A stretch of DNA of 64,000 bases from the IMG/VR virus record IMGVR_UViG_3300036760_000681, positions 3,062 through 67,061 of that record; one strand, given 5' to 3'. Position numbers and translations under genes: made by a program. Positions 44,097 to 53,695 of this stretch are shown piece by piece (positions within the stretch are counted from its first letter, which is position 1; the number at the start of each line of letters is the position of its first letter). The notes below the pieces were generated by a model that was not told the DNA's origin, did no database searches, and worked only from the letters and a program-made list of their open reading frames with translations. This DNA is from a virus.

Positions 44097-45754
44097 CAGG
44101 CGACCTGCTCACGCAAGAGTTCGGCGGTGATCCCGATCAGCGAGATTTTGATATCATCCGTGGTCTTCACCGTGACCTGGGGCGTGTCGGACTTGAAGTC
44201 CGCCGCCGTGCTGGCCCGGAACGCCGAGCCGTCCGTCGAAGCGTTGATGGCGACCGTGCGCGTCGTGTTGCCGATCACCACGGTCACCGTCGCGGCGGCG
44301 TCGGCAATCGCGGCGATGTGCAGCCGCCGCGTCCGCTTCCTCTGGCGCGGGCGGCCCATGATGAACGGCCGAGTGATGATCTGCATTTCCACGGGCACGC
44401 CGCCGGTGCCGTCGCTCACCGTGTCGTCCGTGTCCACGCCATCGTGGCGCCGCACAAAGCCATCGTAGCCGGCCGAGTACAGCACGCTCGGGCGATCGGC
44501 GCTCGGCGCCGTGAACAGGGTGGCGGGAGTGGTGTCGTTGAAGGCGCTCTGGAGGTAGCCGTCGGCGTCCTCCGACAGCGAGACGCCATTGCCGACCGTC
44601 GAGGCGATGACCAGATAGCCGTCGGCGTCGTCGTCGGCGTCGTTCCCGACCCCGGCGGCCGCCGTCAGGTAGCCATCGGCGTCCACGGCAAGCAGGAGGT
44701 TGGTCGAGGAACCCAGGTAGCGGTCCACCGCGCTCGCCGAGCGCGGGCCGCGACGCTGATACTGCGCGTTCTGGAGAAGGTTCTGCACCAGCACTCGGTT
44801 GTTGCGGACGCCGTTGGTTGAGAGCGCGACATGATAGTTCTGCTCGATCGCGTCATAGGCGCCGCTCGGCAGGCCCGGGTTGGTCGCGAGGCTGGCCCAG
44901 TCGAGGCTCTGCATGAAGACCGGGATGTTCCGGCTGATGTTGACGATGCCTGCGCCCGCCGAGTAGTACTCAACGCCACGCTTGGAGAGCCAGCAGGCAC
45001 CGGTGTCCCCCACGGGGACGGCGGTGCGGAAGAAGGGGCAGCCGACCGAGCGCGAGAACCCCGTCGCGCCCACGGCGACGACCACGGTCTGTTCGCCGAA
45101 GCCATCGGTGTAGGCCGTTTCGTCATCCGAGAACACGAGGAGATGCGCACCGACCTGAAGCATCCCGGTCGGGGGCCGCAAGACCTGGATCGTCAGGCCA
45201 TCCGGCGAGGCCCACGTCGCCGGGTCGGCAATCGCGCTGGCCTGCACCAGAACGCCGCTGTGGCCGCTCGCGTAGAGCCGCCCGTTGAACGCCTCGACGT
45301 ACTTGACCCCGGCGGGCGGTCCCACGAGGTCGGTGAGCGTTGTGCCGTTCCAGTCCTTGACCGAGGTCTGGCCGTTCGCGCAGTACAGGTGGTTCGTCGC
45401 GCCGACGCGCATAAAGGCGAAGTCGTAGTACGCCGACGCGAGCGTGAGGCCGTTGGTGATGTCGGTCCAGTTCGCGCCCTGGTCGCTACTCATCCATGCC
45501 GTCGCGCCGAAGAACACGATCATCTGCTTTGTGCCGCCCGCCGTGACGAACTCCGAGGCGCCGTAGCCGATGCTGGCATTCAGCAGCGTCGGGTGGGTCC
45601 GAATCGAACCGTGCCGGCGGCCAGCGGTCGAGTCGGGCTCGAGGCGCGCGTTCAAGAGGCTGCTGACCGCGTTCTTGGGCATGGCAGTCGGCGCCGCGCC
45701 GTCAACCATGCCGAAGCTCAGGTCCACGGTTTCCTCGTGCAGCAGCTGCGCCAT
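44096..45754 (-). CDS. Tail nozzle / tubular protein B-like (P22 gp10-type)
   Basis: 552 aa, beta-propeller-like; LLNARLEPDSTAGRRHG, FNGRLY, SAIADPATW. Confidence 0.65.
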   Translation of the reverse strand: MAQLLHEETVDLSFGMVDGAAPTAMPKNAVSSLLNARLEPDSTAGRRHGSIRTHPTLLNASIGYGASEFVTAGGTKQMIVFFGATAWMSSDQGANWTDITNGLTLASAYYDFAFMRVGATNHLYCANGQTSVKDWNGTTLTDLVGPPAGVKYVEAFNGRLYASGHSGVLVQASAIADPATWASPDGLTIQVLRPPTGMLQVGAHLLVFSDDETAYTDGFGEQTVVVAVGATGFSRSVGCPFFRTAVPVGDTGACWLSKRGVEYYSAGAGIVNISRNIPVFMQSLDWASLATNPGLPSGAYDAIEQNYHVALSTNGVRNNRVLVQNLLQNAQYQRRGPRSASAVDRYLGSSTNLLLAVDADGYLTAAAGVGNDADDDADGYLVIASTVGNGVSLSEDADGYLQSAFNDTTPATLFTAPSADRPSVLYSAGYDGFVRRHDGVDTDDTVSDGTGGVPVEMQIITRPFIMGRPRQRKRTRRLHIAAIADAAATVTVVIGNTTRTVAINASTDGSAFRASTAADFKSDTPQVTVKTTDDIKISLIGITAELLREQVA

Positions 45755-45758
45755 CGGG

Positions 45759-46169
45759 TCAGCCCTCGTCCATCAGGTACAGCGGTCCGAGGTCGGCGAC
45801 GATCGCACCGAGGGCCGTGCAGTTGGCGCCGCCCTCTTTCCCGGCGCCCTCTTTTGGGAGGTCTGTTTCCCGCAAAGCGAACTGCATCGGCAGTTCGACC
45901 TCGATCTCCTCATTGTCCACGGCGGTCTGCGCCGATGCGATGCGCATGGCCATGATCTGTTCCTGCGTCCCGGTCAACTCGGTGCCCTCGGGCAGCGCGT
46001 CGATCAGCGCCAGCGCGACCTTGCGCTTCACGTCTTCGAGCGGCTCGACGAGCGGGGCCAGGACGCGCAGCAGTCGCGCGACCTTGAGGTCCGCGCCGAG
46101 GTTCGCCATGCGGCGGTTGCCGAGCATCACCAGCGCGGTCCGGATCCGTTGCAGTTCACCGTTCGTCAC
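45759..46169 (-). CDS. Hypothetical protein (fibre chaperone candidate)
   Basis: AGGAG RBS, GTG 46169; directly after the fibre gene. Confidence 0.6.
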   Translation of the reverse strand: MTNGELQRIRTALVMLGNRRMANLGADLKVARLLRVLAPLVEPLEDVKRKVALALIDALPEGTELTGTQEQIMAMRIASAQTAVDNEEIEVELPMQFALRETDLPKEGAGKEGGANCTALGAIVADLGPLYLMDEG

Positions 46170-46182
46170 TTGCTCTCCTTGG

Positions 46183-47319
46183 TCATGGGGCGCTGAGAAC
46201 GCCATTGGCGTCGGCGACGACGGTGCGAGAGCCGGAGCCAGCCAGGCTGGCCCAGGCCGGCGAGCCCGTGATAGCGGCCGGCATGGCCAAAGTACCGACG
46301 AGCGTTGTCGTGGTGCCAACCAGAGTCACCAGGACTGTTCCGCCAACCCTGAAGGTGTACCTGGGATTCGTACCAACCGCGTCCAAGGTGACGGCACCCG
46401 TTGACGAGTTCTTGAGGTCGAGATGGTTGCTGCCATCATACTGAAAGGCGGAATTAATTGCCCCCGTCGTCGTGACGACCAGCGCGTTTGTTGTCGAACC
46501 AGCGCCAATGGCTAGCGCGGTTAGCGTCCCGACGCTTGTGATCGCCGCCTGCGCGGCCCCTGTTACCGTGGCGGCGCTGCCCGAGACGTTCCCTGTGACG
46601 TTCATGACCTGCGCACTGGACCACGTCGGCGCGCCGGTGATCGTCGCGCCCGTCAGCGTCAGCGTCTGGCCGCTGGTGACCGTGAGTCCCGCGTTGGCGG
46701 AGAGGAGGGCACTGAACGCCCCCGTCGTCGCCGTGAGTGCGCCCATCGAGACGGCGTTCGCAAATGTCGCCCCAGTCGCCGTAAGCGCCAGCACTCGCGT
46801 TGCGCCGACGACCAAACCGTAGGTTGAAGTAAACGTCACATCGTTGTTGCCACCGATGGTCACGCCGTAGGCGGTCAGGCTACCACTCAGCAGCCCGCCG
46901 CTGAATGTCCCTGTCGTCGCCGTGAGCGCGCCCATTGTGATCGCGACACCCGTCGCTGTGAGCGTCCCCGTGATCGTCGGACTCGCCAGCGTCAGGCCCG
47001 CGAGCGTCGAGGCCCACTGCGGCACGGTGCCGCTGGACTGAAGCACGGTGTTCGCCGCGCCGATCGCCAGCGAGTCGAGACGCTTGACGCCCGTGACCCC
47101 GCCGGCAACGGCGTACAGGATGTCACCTGCCGTCAGCGCCGCCGAGTAATACTTGCCGTTGAGGTCCACCGCCGCCTTGCGCGCGGCCGTGGTCGGGCCG
47201 TTGAGCACGTCGAGCAGCAGCTTGTTCGCCGACGAGCGCGCGGATAAGAACGAAAGTGTATGCGGCTTATCTTCGTTCGAGCTCTGCTGTTGAGCGCTGA
47301 TTCCGTAGAGTAATGCCAT
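46183..47319 (-). CDS. Tail fibre-like protein
   Basis: Thr/Ala/Gly-rich; GDILYA...LAIGAANTVL; repeated MGALTATTG; AITSVGTL. Confidence 0.7.
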   Translation of the reverse strand: MALLYGISAQQQSSNEDKPHTLSFLSARSSANKLLLDVLNGPTTAARKAAVDLNGKYYSAALTAGDILYAVAGGVTGVKRLDSLAIGAANTVLQSSGTVPQWASTLAGLTLASPTITGTLTATGVAITMGALTATTGTFSGGLLSGSLTAYGVTIGGNNDVTFTSTYGLVVGATRVLALTATGATFANAVSMGALTATTGAFSALLSANAGLTVTSGQTLTLTGATITGAPTWSSAQVMNVTGNVSGSAATVTGAAQAAITSVGTLTALAIGAGSTTNALVVTTTGAINSAFQYDGSNHLDLKNSSTGAVTLDAVGTNPRYTFRVGGTVLVTLVGTTTTLVGTLAMPAAITGSPAWASLAGSGSRTVVADANGVLSAP

Positions 47320-47322
47320 CAG

Positions 47323-47351
47323 TTGACTCCTACCGCATATTGCGGTAGATT
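47323..47351 (+). promoter_or_regulatory. Promoter with operator palindrome
   Basis: TTGACT-N17-TAGATT; CTACCGCA-TAT-TGCGGTAG at 47330-47348. Confidence 0.8.
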
Positions 47352-47357
47352 CGTGGC

Positions 47358-47495
47358 ATGAAGAAACTCGCCACTAGTTACCGTCTCAGCCCTGAGTGCC
47401 TTCGCCTGATCCGACAACTCGCGAAGAAGCTCGGGCTGTCCCAGTCGTCCGTTGTCGAGACCGCCGTCCGCGCGCTGTCCGAGAAGGCGCGCTAG
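47358..47495 (+). CDS. Ribbon-helix-helix (CopG-like) regulator, 45 aa
   Basis: Manual translation MKKLATSYRLSPECLRLIRQLAKKLGLSQSSVVETAVRALSEKAR. Confidence 0.8.
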   Translation: MKKLATSYRLSPECLRLIRQLAKKLGLSQSSVVETAVRALSEKAR

Positions 47496-47498
47496 CCC

Positions 47499-48113
47499 GT
47501 GTTCGACCTCGACCGACTGCCCGAGCGGTTCCGTAGCAAGTTCGTTGTCAATCGAAAGACCGGATGTTGGGACTGGGCCGCCGGTAAAACGGCGGAGGGT
47601 TATGCCGCTTACTATGTCGGTGGAGGGAGAGCGGCTGCGCGACACGAATTGGGTCATAGATTTGTGTATGAATGCCTGGTGGGGAGAATCCCCAAAGGAC
47701 TCACGCTGGACCACTTGTGCCGAAACAGGGCTTGCGTGAATCCGAAGCATCTTGAACCCGTGACCCATCGCGTCAATATCCTCCGAGGTACTGGTGCCTC
47801 GGCCAGGAACGCTCGCAAGAAGCAGTGCAAGTACGGACACCCCTTCGTCGGGAAGAACCTCGTGTTCGACAGTTATGGACGCCGTCACTGTCGAATCTGC
47901 GACCGTCGGGCCAATGCGAAGCGTGGCGCGAGGTATCGAGGAAGCGCGCTCGGCGTCGCGACGCGCAAGGCGTACCATGCCCGCACAGTTCTCCGCCGAC
48001 GCAGGTATCACCAGCGGTATCGTGCGAAGAATCTCGCCCGCATACGGGCCTACAAGCGCGACTGGCAGCGCGCTCATCGCGCACGCCAGAAGGCCAAGTC
48101 GAAGCAACCGTAG
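47499..48113 (+). CDS. HNH homing endonuclease
   Basis: GCWDW...HRFVY...LDHLCRNRACVNPKHLEPVT...CKYGH...CRIC. Confidence 0.9.
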   Translation: MFDLDRLPERFRSKFVVNRKTGCWDWAAGKTAEGYAAYYVGGGRAAARHELGHRFVYECLVGRIPKGLTLDHLCRNRACVNPKHLEPVTHRVNILRGTGASARNARKKQCKYGHPFVGKNLVFDSYGRRHCRICDRRANAKRGARYRGSALGVATRKAYHARTVLRRRRYHQRYRAKNLARIRAYKRDWQRAHRARQKAKSKQP

Positions 48114-48128
48114 CGTCACGTCAGCCTC

Positions 48129-48464
48129 CTACTTGGTCAGCAACTTGACGACCCGAGCCGCGCCCTCGGCAGACCCGGACACCAGTTTGATGTACGGGAA
48201 CGGAGCTAGGGCGTCCGCTTCGGCGCCCGAGAGCCCGTAGCCACGGCTCGCCGCGACGGCGACGGACACGGCAGTTCCATCGCTGTCGTAGATCGGCACG
48301 AACGTTCCCGTGGCAGTGTCACAGCCAGTGAACGTGATGGTTGTGCCGGTCAATGCGGCCGGGGTGATAAGGCCGACGATGAACTTCCCGCCGACACGCA
48401 ACGCCTGAGACGTAGTACCGCCGCTGGCGATGTTGGCGCTCTGGGACACGGGCTTCGGGTACAT
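48129..48464 (-). CDS. Virion structural protein
   Basis: GGAG RBS; beta-rich, 111 aa. Confidence 0.7.
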   Translation of the reverse strand: MYPKPVSQSANIASGGTTSQALRVGGKFIVGLITPAALTGTTITFTGCDTATGTFVPIYDSDGTAVSVAVAASRGYGLSGAEADALAPFPYIKLVSGSAEGAARVVKLLTK

Positions 48465-48473
48465 GATCTCCTC

Positions 48474-48890
48474 CTAGTAGCCCATGCGCCGCAGGCGCCG
48501 GGTGATACTGGTACTGCCGAACACGCCAACGACATTCGATGCCTCGCCGGCACTGGCGCCGCCGACCACGACGATGCGATAAGCATAGCGATGCTTCGCG
48601 GTGAAGGGACCGGCGTCGCCGGTGTAGGATTCCACGTCGGCCGCGACGGTGTCGATCTCGGCGAACGCGCCGCCAGCCGTCACGTCGCGCCGCTCGATGG
48701 AATACCCGGTTTCGTCTCCGACGCTCGTCTGGGACCAGGTCAGGTTAACCTGGGGTCCGGCAACAACGATCGCCGACAAGTTGACCGGAACAGGAATGAC
48801 GAAACCAGTGCCCGGTACGATGGCCCACGAACCGAACCCGAACCCGACTGCGCCAGCCCCTACCGGGGTTCCTCGAAAGGTGACGATCAC
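48474..48890 (-). CDS. Fibronectin type III domain protein
   Basis: PVNLSA...VNLTW...ETGYSIER...YAYRI...SN. Confidence 0.75.
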   Translation of the reverse strand: MIVTFRGTPVGAGAVGFGFGSWAIVPGTGFVIPVPVNLSAIVVAGPQVNLTWSQTSVGDETGYSIERRDVTAGGAFAEIDTVAADVESYTGDAGPFTAKHRYAYRIVVVGGASAGEASNVVGVFGSTSITRRLRRMGY

Positions 48891-50194
48891 GCCTGAACGG
48901 GCGCCAGGAAGATGATGTTCGGCACCGCACCAGCCGCTGTGAACCTCAAACCCACGGCGTCTGCGTTGAGATCCGCCGCCGCGAGGTCGATCACGTAGAC
49001 GCCCGTGGTTCCGATTTCAGCCACCGCGTTAGCACAACTGCCAAACGCCGCGCCGGCCAGCGACCGAGTCGCGGTAACGGTGAGTCCCGTTTTCAGAGTC
49101 GTGGGGTCCGTGCCGTCGTACATCGGGAACGTGAAGTCGGCAAAGGCTGTGTTCTTCTTGATGCCCTGTACGTTGCCGAGAAGCGCGGTCGCCTTGTGCG
49201 TCGCCGGATCGTAGCCCGTGTCGGCGAAGTCCTTGAGGTCGGTTGCGCTCTGCGCGCCGCCCAGCATCCACCGCAGATCGGCGGGGATCGGGCTGGAGAC
49301 AGAGCCCGGTGCCGTCGCGTAGACGATGTACTTGATCGTCCCGGTCGGCGTCTGCGTCCACGCATCCACCAGCGCCGTGTCGGTGCTGCTCACCCAGTCG
49401 GTGATAATGCGCCGCTCGTGGAAGCCGTTGGTCGAGGAATAGACGTGGACGGTCGCGCCGATGATGACGTCGTCCGTGATGGCCGTCGCCGCCGCCAGTT
49501 GGATGTGCGTGGCATCCACACTCTGCGCCGTGCCGATCGCGACGATGCCCAGCAAGTCGTAGATATCATCGGCAATCGCGGTGCCATTCCATGCCGTGGC
49601 GTTGGCCTTCGCAGCCACCACCAGGAGATCGGTCTGGAGAATGTCGTAGGTCGTGTCGGTGCTCGGCGTCGTCTCCCAGTTCGGGATCACGGTGAACGCA
49701 CCGCTCGATACGGTGTGTGTCGCGATAACCCGCGCCTGGTTGTTCGCACCACCCGTGCCGCCGCCACCCGTGCCGCCTGTGGTGCGGATGATCGCACCGA
49801 CGAGGCTGTAGCCTGGCAAACCGCTGGCCTGCAACGTCCCACCGCCTGCACTGCCCGCCGCCAAGGTGCCGGTACTCAGGATCGGCAACTCGCGCGGGTA
49901 CAATTCCAGGCTCGTTGGCAATGCGCCGGTGCTGCCGAGATAATAGCCAACGACGCTGCCGTTGGTTTCGGCGCCCGTGAGCGTGATGATCCCGCTGCCG
50001 CGATTGGTGCCGGCGGACGTCAGTTCTTCCGCGCAGTCCGCGAAGTTCCCGTTGTCCAGCGAGAACTCGGAATCCGGCGTACTGGGCGCAATGAGCGTCC
50101 CATCGGTCGCGCTCCTCAGCACGGGGCACTGGAACGTGAAGCGCGCGTTCTTGACCGGATAGGGCAGACTCGCGTGGGATGCATGAACGGCCAT
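48887..50194 (-). CDS. Virion structural / fibre protein
   Basis: Two internal repeats (TxxxG..QARVI...W.TTP..DTTY); C-terminal GVYVIDLAAADLN. Confidence 0.7.
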   Translation of the reverse strand: MAVHASHASLPYPVKNARFTFQCPVLRSATDGTLIAPSTPDSEFSLDNGNFADCAEELTSAGTNRGSGIITLTGAETNGSVVGYYLGSTGALPTSLELYPRELPILSTGTLAAGSAGGGTLQASGLPGYSLVGAIIRTTGGTGGGGTGGANNQARVIATHTVSSGAFTVIPNWETTPSTDTTYDILQTDLLVVAAKANATAWNGTAIADDIYDLLGIVAIGTAQSVDATHIQLAAATAITDDVIIGATVHVYSSTNGFHERRIITDWVSSTDTALVDAWTQTPTGTIKYIVYATAPGSVSSPIPADLRWMLGGAQSATDLKDFADTGYDPATHKATALLGNVQGIKKNTAFADFTFPMYDGTDPTTLKTGLTVTATRSLAGAAFGSCANAVAEIGTTGVYVIDLAAADLNADAVGLRFTAAGAVPNIIFLAPVQA

Positions 50195-50213
50195 GATTCA
50201 ACTCCTCTGAGCG

Positions 50214-50858
50214 TTAACGCCCGCTGTGTACGATCTGCCCGCTGTGCCGCAATCGACCGGGAACCACAACCAACTTCGGGCTAAACGAGGCCGCCGGATC
50301 AGATGCTGACCAGGTGTCGAGTGTCCGTGAATTGGACGCGGCACCGTACCGCGTGAACACACCCGCATAGCCCTTACCGCTGTGCGCGGAATCGGTGACG
50401 CTGATCCGCTGCACGCCCCCGATATGCACCGAAATCGTCGTGCCCGAAAACCGCAGAATGACCGTGCGGGATGTCGTCGGATTGTCCCCGACATAGTTCC
50501 CCAACGTCGTGTAACTGCCCGAGACGCGCTTCCACAGTTCCCAGCCGGTCGCGTTGTCAATGTAGTACGCCCCGTACCCATCGCCGCTCGTGGTCGTCGT
50601 CATCCGCCCCATGATGCCAGGCATCGCGGAATTGCCGGCCGTGGCATCGAAAATGGTAGCCTGCACGTCGTAATCGGCGTTCGTGGCTTGGGCCGCGTTC
50701 CAGGCATACGCCCCGAAACTGCCGGTGTTGGTCGCCCGGACGGCGTTGCTGATGATCTGCATTTGTTCCACGGCCCCAGCGTCCCGCGTCCAGTTCGCGC
50801 TGTACGTGGGCAGCACGTTGCCATCGGTGCCGGTGAAATTGTCAGAGGCCCAGCTCAT
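50214..50858 (-). CDS. Beta-sandwich (lectin-like) virion protein
   Basis: SDNFT...ADYDVQA...VTDSAHSGKGYAG. Confidence 0.65.
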   Translation of the reverse strand: MSWASDNFTGTDGNVLPTYSANWTRDAGAVEQMQIISNAVRATNTGSFGAYAWNAAQATNADYDVQATIFDATAGNSAMPGIMGRMTTTTSGDGYGAYYIDNATGWELWKRVSGSYTTLGNYVGDNPTTSRTVILRFSGTTISVHIGGVQRISVTDSAHSGKGYAGVFTRYGAASNSRTLDTWSASDPAASFSPKLVVVPGRLRHSGQIVHSGR

Positions 50859-53009
50859 TTAGTATGGGCTCCCGTTGCCAAGCAGGTTCCAGATGTAATG
50901 CGTCAGCGTCTCGCCGTTCGCGCAAAAACCCCGCGTCGAGTCGGCCCGCATGGCGGTGCGGATGGCTGTTTCGTTTGGCCACGGCCAGAGATTCGTGCTG
51001 CCGAGCGTGTCGTAACCCGCATCATCGGCGCAGTAACCATCCGTGCCGTACCGCTTTTCGATGGTGGCGCCGATATCCGAGCCACTGAGCCCCGCCCCTT
51101 TCAGCGCCGAAGCGGCCTCAATGCGGAGCGGGTAGAGCAGCGAATGCGGCGTACCGTCGTTCAACGGATCAGTCGTGACGGCATTGGTCGCGGTCGCCTG
51201 CAAGTAGCCGCTGGACCATGTGCCGTACACGTCTACATAATCCGCCGCGAACACGCTGTTGATGTGCGAGCGCCCGGTGCCACGCACGACCACATTGCGG
51301 ACGTAACCCGTCGCGGTCGGGGCTACCCGCAGGCCATCCACGCTGTTGTTCTGGCCGATGATCGTCACGCGGTTGACGCGAATGTCTTCCGACGTGTTCA
51401 GGTCGCCGAAGTTGACGCCATTGGCCGCCGAGTTCGCCGCGACGAAATCGGTCATCGTCCACATGGGCGTCAGGAGTGTCCCGGCGTTATCAGCTTCGTG
51501 TGTGTGGGCCGAGTCTTCGGAGGCGATAGACCCGCAACCCAACAGGGCGTTCTGGCCGAATGTCTGCCCCGCCGTATGATGCGCACAGGCGAAGTCAGCA
51601 TAGGGCGAACCACTCGCCAGCACTCGGTCGAGGCTGAAGACGTTTTCCAGCGCCACACCCGAGGACTCGTAAACCGTAATCCCCACGCACGGCGCGCTCG
51701 GCCCAAATACATAGCCGCCGTCGCCACGGATCAGCACCCGGCGCCATACGCTGTTGTGCGCACGGTAGTTGATGGCGATCAGTCGTTCAGCACCCCACAC
51801 CCAACAATCCTCGATCAGGTTATAGGTGTTGCCCCAACTCCCGTCGCCCGTGCCCACGCCAAGCACGTTCCCGCTGCCGCTCGATGCCGAACGGAACCCG
51901 CAGTCCTTGACGTAGCAATAGGAGGTGTTGTAGAGGTTCCCCGCGCCGCCAGTCGCGCCGTGGTCAAATGTGATGCCCCGAATCGTCGCATAGGATTGTT
52001 TGGTAGACGACGAGCCGAGCCACAGGAACGGCAACGTCACATAGCCGGGGCCATTGACCGAGGTGACGAGCGTTCGCGCGTTTTTCGATGCACCGTTCGG
52101 CGGATGGCCGCTCTTGGCATCCGCATTGCCGGCGCCGTCAATGGTGCCGTTGGTCGCCACCGTGTAGGTGCCATCCAGCAAGCCTAACGTCTGGCCCGCC
52201 GACAACTGACTGAAGGCATACGCGAAGGTCAGATAGGGCGCACCGATGGTTCCCGCCGCCCCGTTGTTGCCGGTGGGGCTGATGTATTTGTCTGCGGTGA
52301 CGGGGTAGACACTGGCGCTCGTCACCGTGAACGTGGGCATCGTCGTCGTCACCGCCTGACCGCCGATCGTGGCGCTCATCGTGGTCGCGGTGCCTTCGGT
52401 CGTCGGGGTCACGGGTGCGGTATACGTCCCATTCCCCACATCGGTCGTGCTGCCCACGGTGATGACGGACGTGCCGCCGCTGTGACCGAACACCACCGTC
52501 GAGCCGCCTGCCGTCAGGTTGTTGCCCGCCGCGTCCTTGCCCTGCAACGTCACGGTGGCGTTCGACCCGCCCGCTGCAACGGAAGCCGCCGACAGCGTAA
52601 CCGTACTCACCGTGCGGTCGATCGCGCCCGGCGTCACCGAGCAGGAGGTCGAGCTACCGGCGGGGGTGCCATCCAGTGTCATGTTCAACGTCTGAGCGGT
52701 GCCGGCCAGTATACCCGTATAGGTACAGGTATAGGTGCCGTTGTTGTTGTTCGTGACCGCAGACAGCGTACCCGTCGAGGTGCCGCCCGCCTTGGTCGCG
52801 GCCACGGTCGTCACGCCGCCGGAGTCGGAGAGGTTCTGCCCGGTGGCGTTGCGGAGTTGCAGGGTCAGGGTGATGGCCGCACCCGATGCGACCGTCGCCG
52901 CCGACCGGGTGACGACCGACATGCTGGCATCTGCGCCAGCCGCAACCGCTACCGCGTCGGGTGTGCGTGACTTGGGCGAGGCCGGGCCGCCGCCGACGAG
53001 GGCGATCAC
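50859..53009 (-). CDS. Invasin-type Ig repeats plus parallel beta-helix (adhesin/depolymerase-like)
   Basis: Two Ig units with NNNGTYT/VGNGTYT; YISPTGNNGAAGTIGAPYLT...LLDGTY beta-helix cap. GTG 53009 overlaps the upstream stop. Confidence 0.75.
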   Translation of the reverse strand: MIALVGGGPASPKSRTPDAVAVAAGADASMSVVTRSAATVASGAAITLTLQLRNATGQNLSDSGGVTTVAATKAGGTSTGTLSAVTNNNNGTYTCTYTGILAGTAQTLNMTLDGTPAGSSTSCSVTPGAIDRTVSTVTLSAASVAAGGSNATVTLQGKDAAGNNLTAGGSTVVFGHSGGTSVITVGSTTDVGNGTYTAPVTPTTEGTATTMSATIGGQAVTTTMPTFTVTSASVYPVTADKYISPTGNNGAAGTIGAPYLTFAYAFSQLSAGQTLGLLDGTYTVATNGTIDGAGNADAKSGHPPNGASKNARTLVTSVNGPGYVTLPFLWLGSSSTKQSYATIRGITFDHGATGGAGNLYNTSYCYVKDCGFRSASSGSGNVLGVGTGDGSWGNTYNLIEDCWVWGAERLIAINYRAHNSVWRRVLIRGDGGYVFGPSAPCVGITVYESSGVALENVFSLDRVLASGSPYADFACAHHTAGQTFGQNALLGCGSIASEDSAHTHEADNAGTLLTPMWTMTDFVAANSAANGVNFGDLNTSEDIRVNRVTIIGQNNSVDGLRVAPTATGYVRNVVVRGTGRSHINSVFAADYVDVYGTWSSGYLQATATNAVTTDPLNDGTPHSLLYPLRIEAASALKGAGLSGSDIGATIEKRYGTDGYCADDAGYDTLGSTNLWPWPNETAIRTAMRADSTRGFCANGETLTHYIWNLLGNGSPY

Positions 53010-53689
53010 CAGTGGTTCCCGAAACGCGCGGCCTTGGCGAACTGCCGCGGCTGCTTGGTCTGTCGCGCGATGCCGCGCACCCGCTCGCGCCACCGCATTA
53101 ACGCTACCTCAATCTTTCGCTCCATTGCGTTGTCTCCAGGCAACCAATTTTCCGCCATTGCCAGGTTGGCTGCCTCGGCCACGATCAGGTAGCGGGCGTC
53201 GAGCGGGAAGTCGATCGTGGTACTCGCGTTCCACACGGGATGCCGATAGTGGTAGTCCAGGTACAGCGTCGTCGGCGGGGTCGCCTGGCGGCCGAGCCAC
53301 AGTTGCTCGCCGCGAACGTAGATGGCGTTGCCGCGCATCGTGCCGTCATCGTCGTCGATCAGCGTGCCCCATCGGTCGCCGTTGGCCTCGACGAGCGGCG
53401 AGACGCGGTTGTTGCCGAAGGCGCGGAGGAAGTCAGTCGGTAGGGCCACGTAGCGCCCCCCGTCCGCCGCGTCTGTGCCGCTGAACGTGAGGGCGGCGCT
53501 GCGCTGCCGCCACCCTCCGTAGCCCATCTTGAGCATCCACCGTTGCGCGTCCCGACAGCCCATCGTCAGGAACGTGTAGACCACGTCATCCACCGCCTCG
53601 CCGTGTGCGACGAGGGCCGGGTCATCGGATTCCGTCCCGGTGAGCCGGTAGAAGGCGTCTACCGCCTGGTCAACGGTGGTGATGTCCAC
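53006..53689 (-). CDS. Head-tail adaptor / tail tubular protein A-like
   Basis: YVALPTDFL...LYLDY...LIVAEA pattern and position. Confidence 0.6.
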   Translation of the reverse strand: MDITTVDQAVDAFYRLTGTESDDPALVAHGEAVDDVVYTFLTMGCRDAQRWMLKMGYGGWRQRSAALTFSGTDAADGGRYVALPTDFLRAFGNNRVSPLVEANGDRWGTLIDDDDGTMRGNAIYVRGEQLWLGRQATPPTTLYLDYHYRHPVWNASTTIDFPLDARYLIVAEAANLAMAENWLPGDNAMERKIEVALMRWRERVRGIARQTKQPRQFAKAARFGNHW

Positions 53690-53695
53690 GTCGCC

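Noticed and set aside
47319-48119. 266-aa minus-strand ORF filling the tail operon gap
   Set aside because: It is the antisense shadow of the RHH-HNH cassette, which carries clear motifs.
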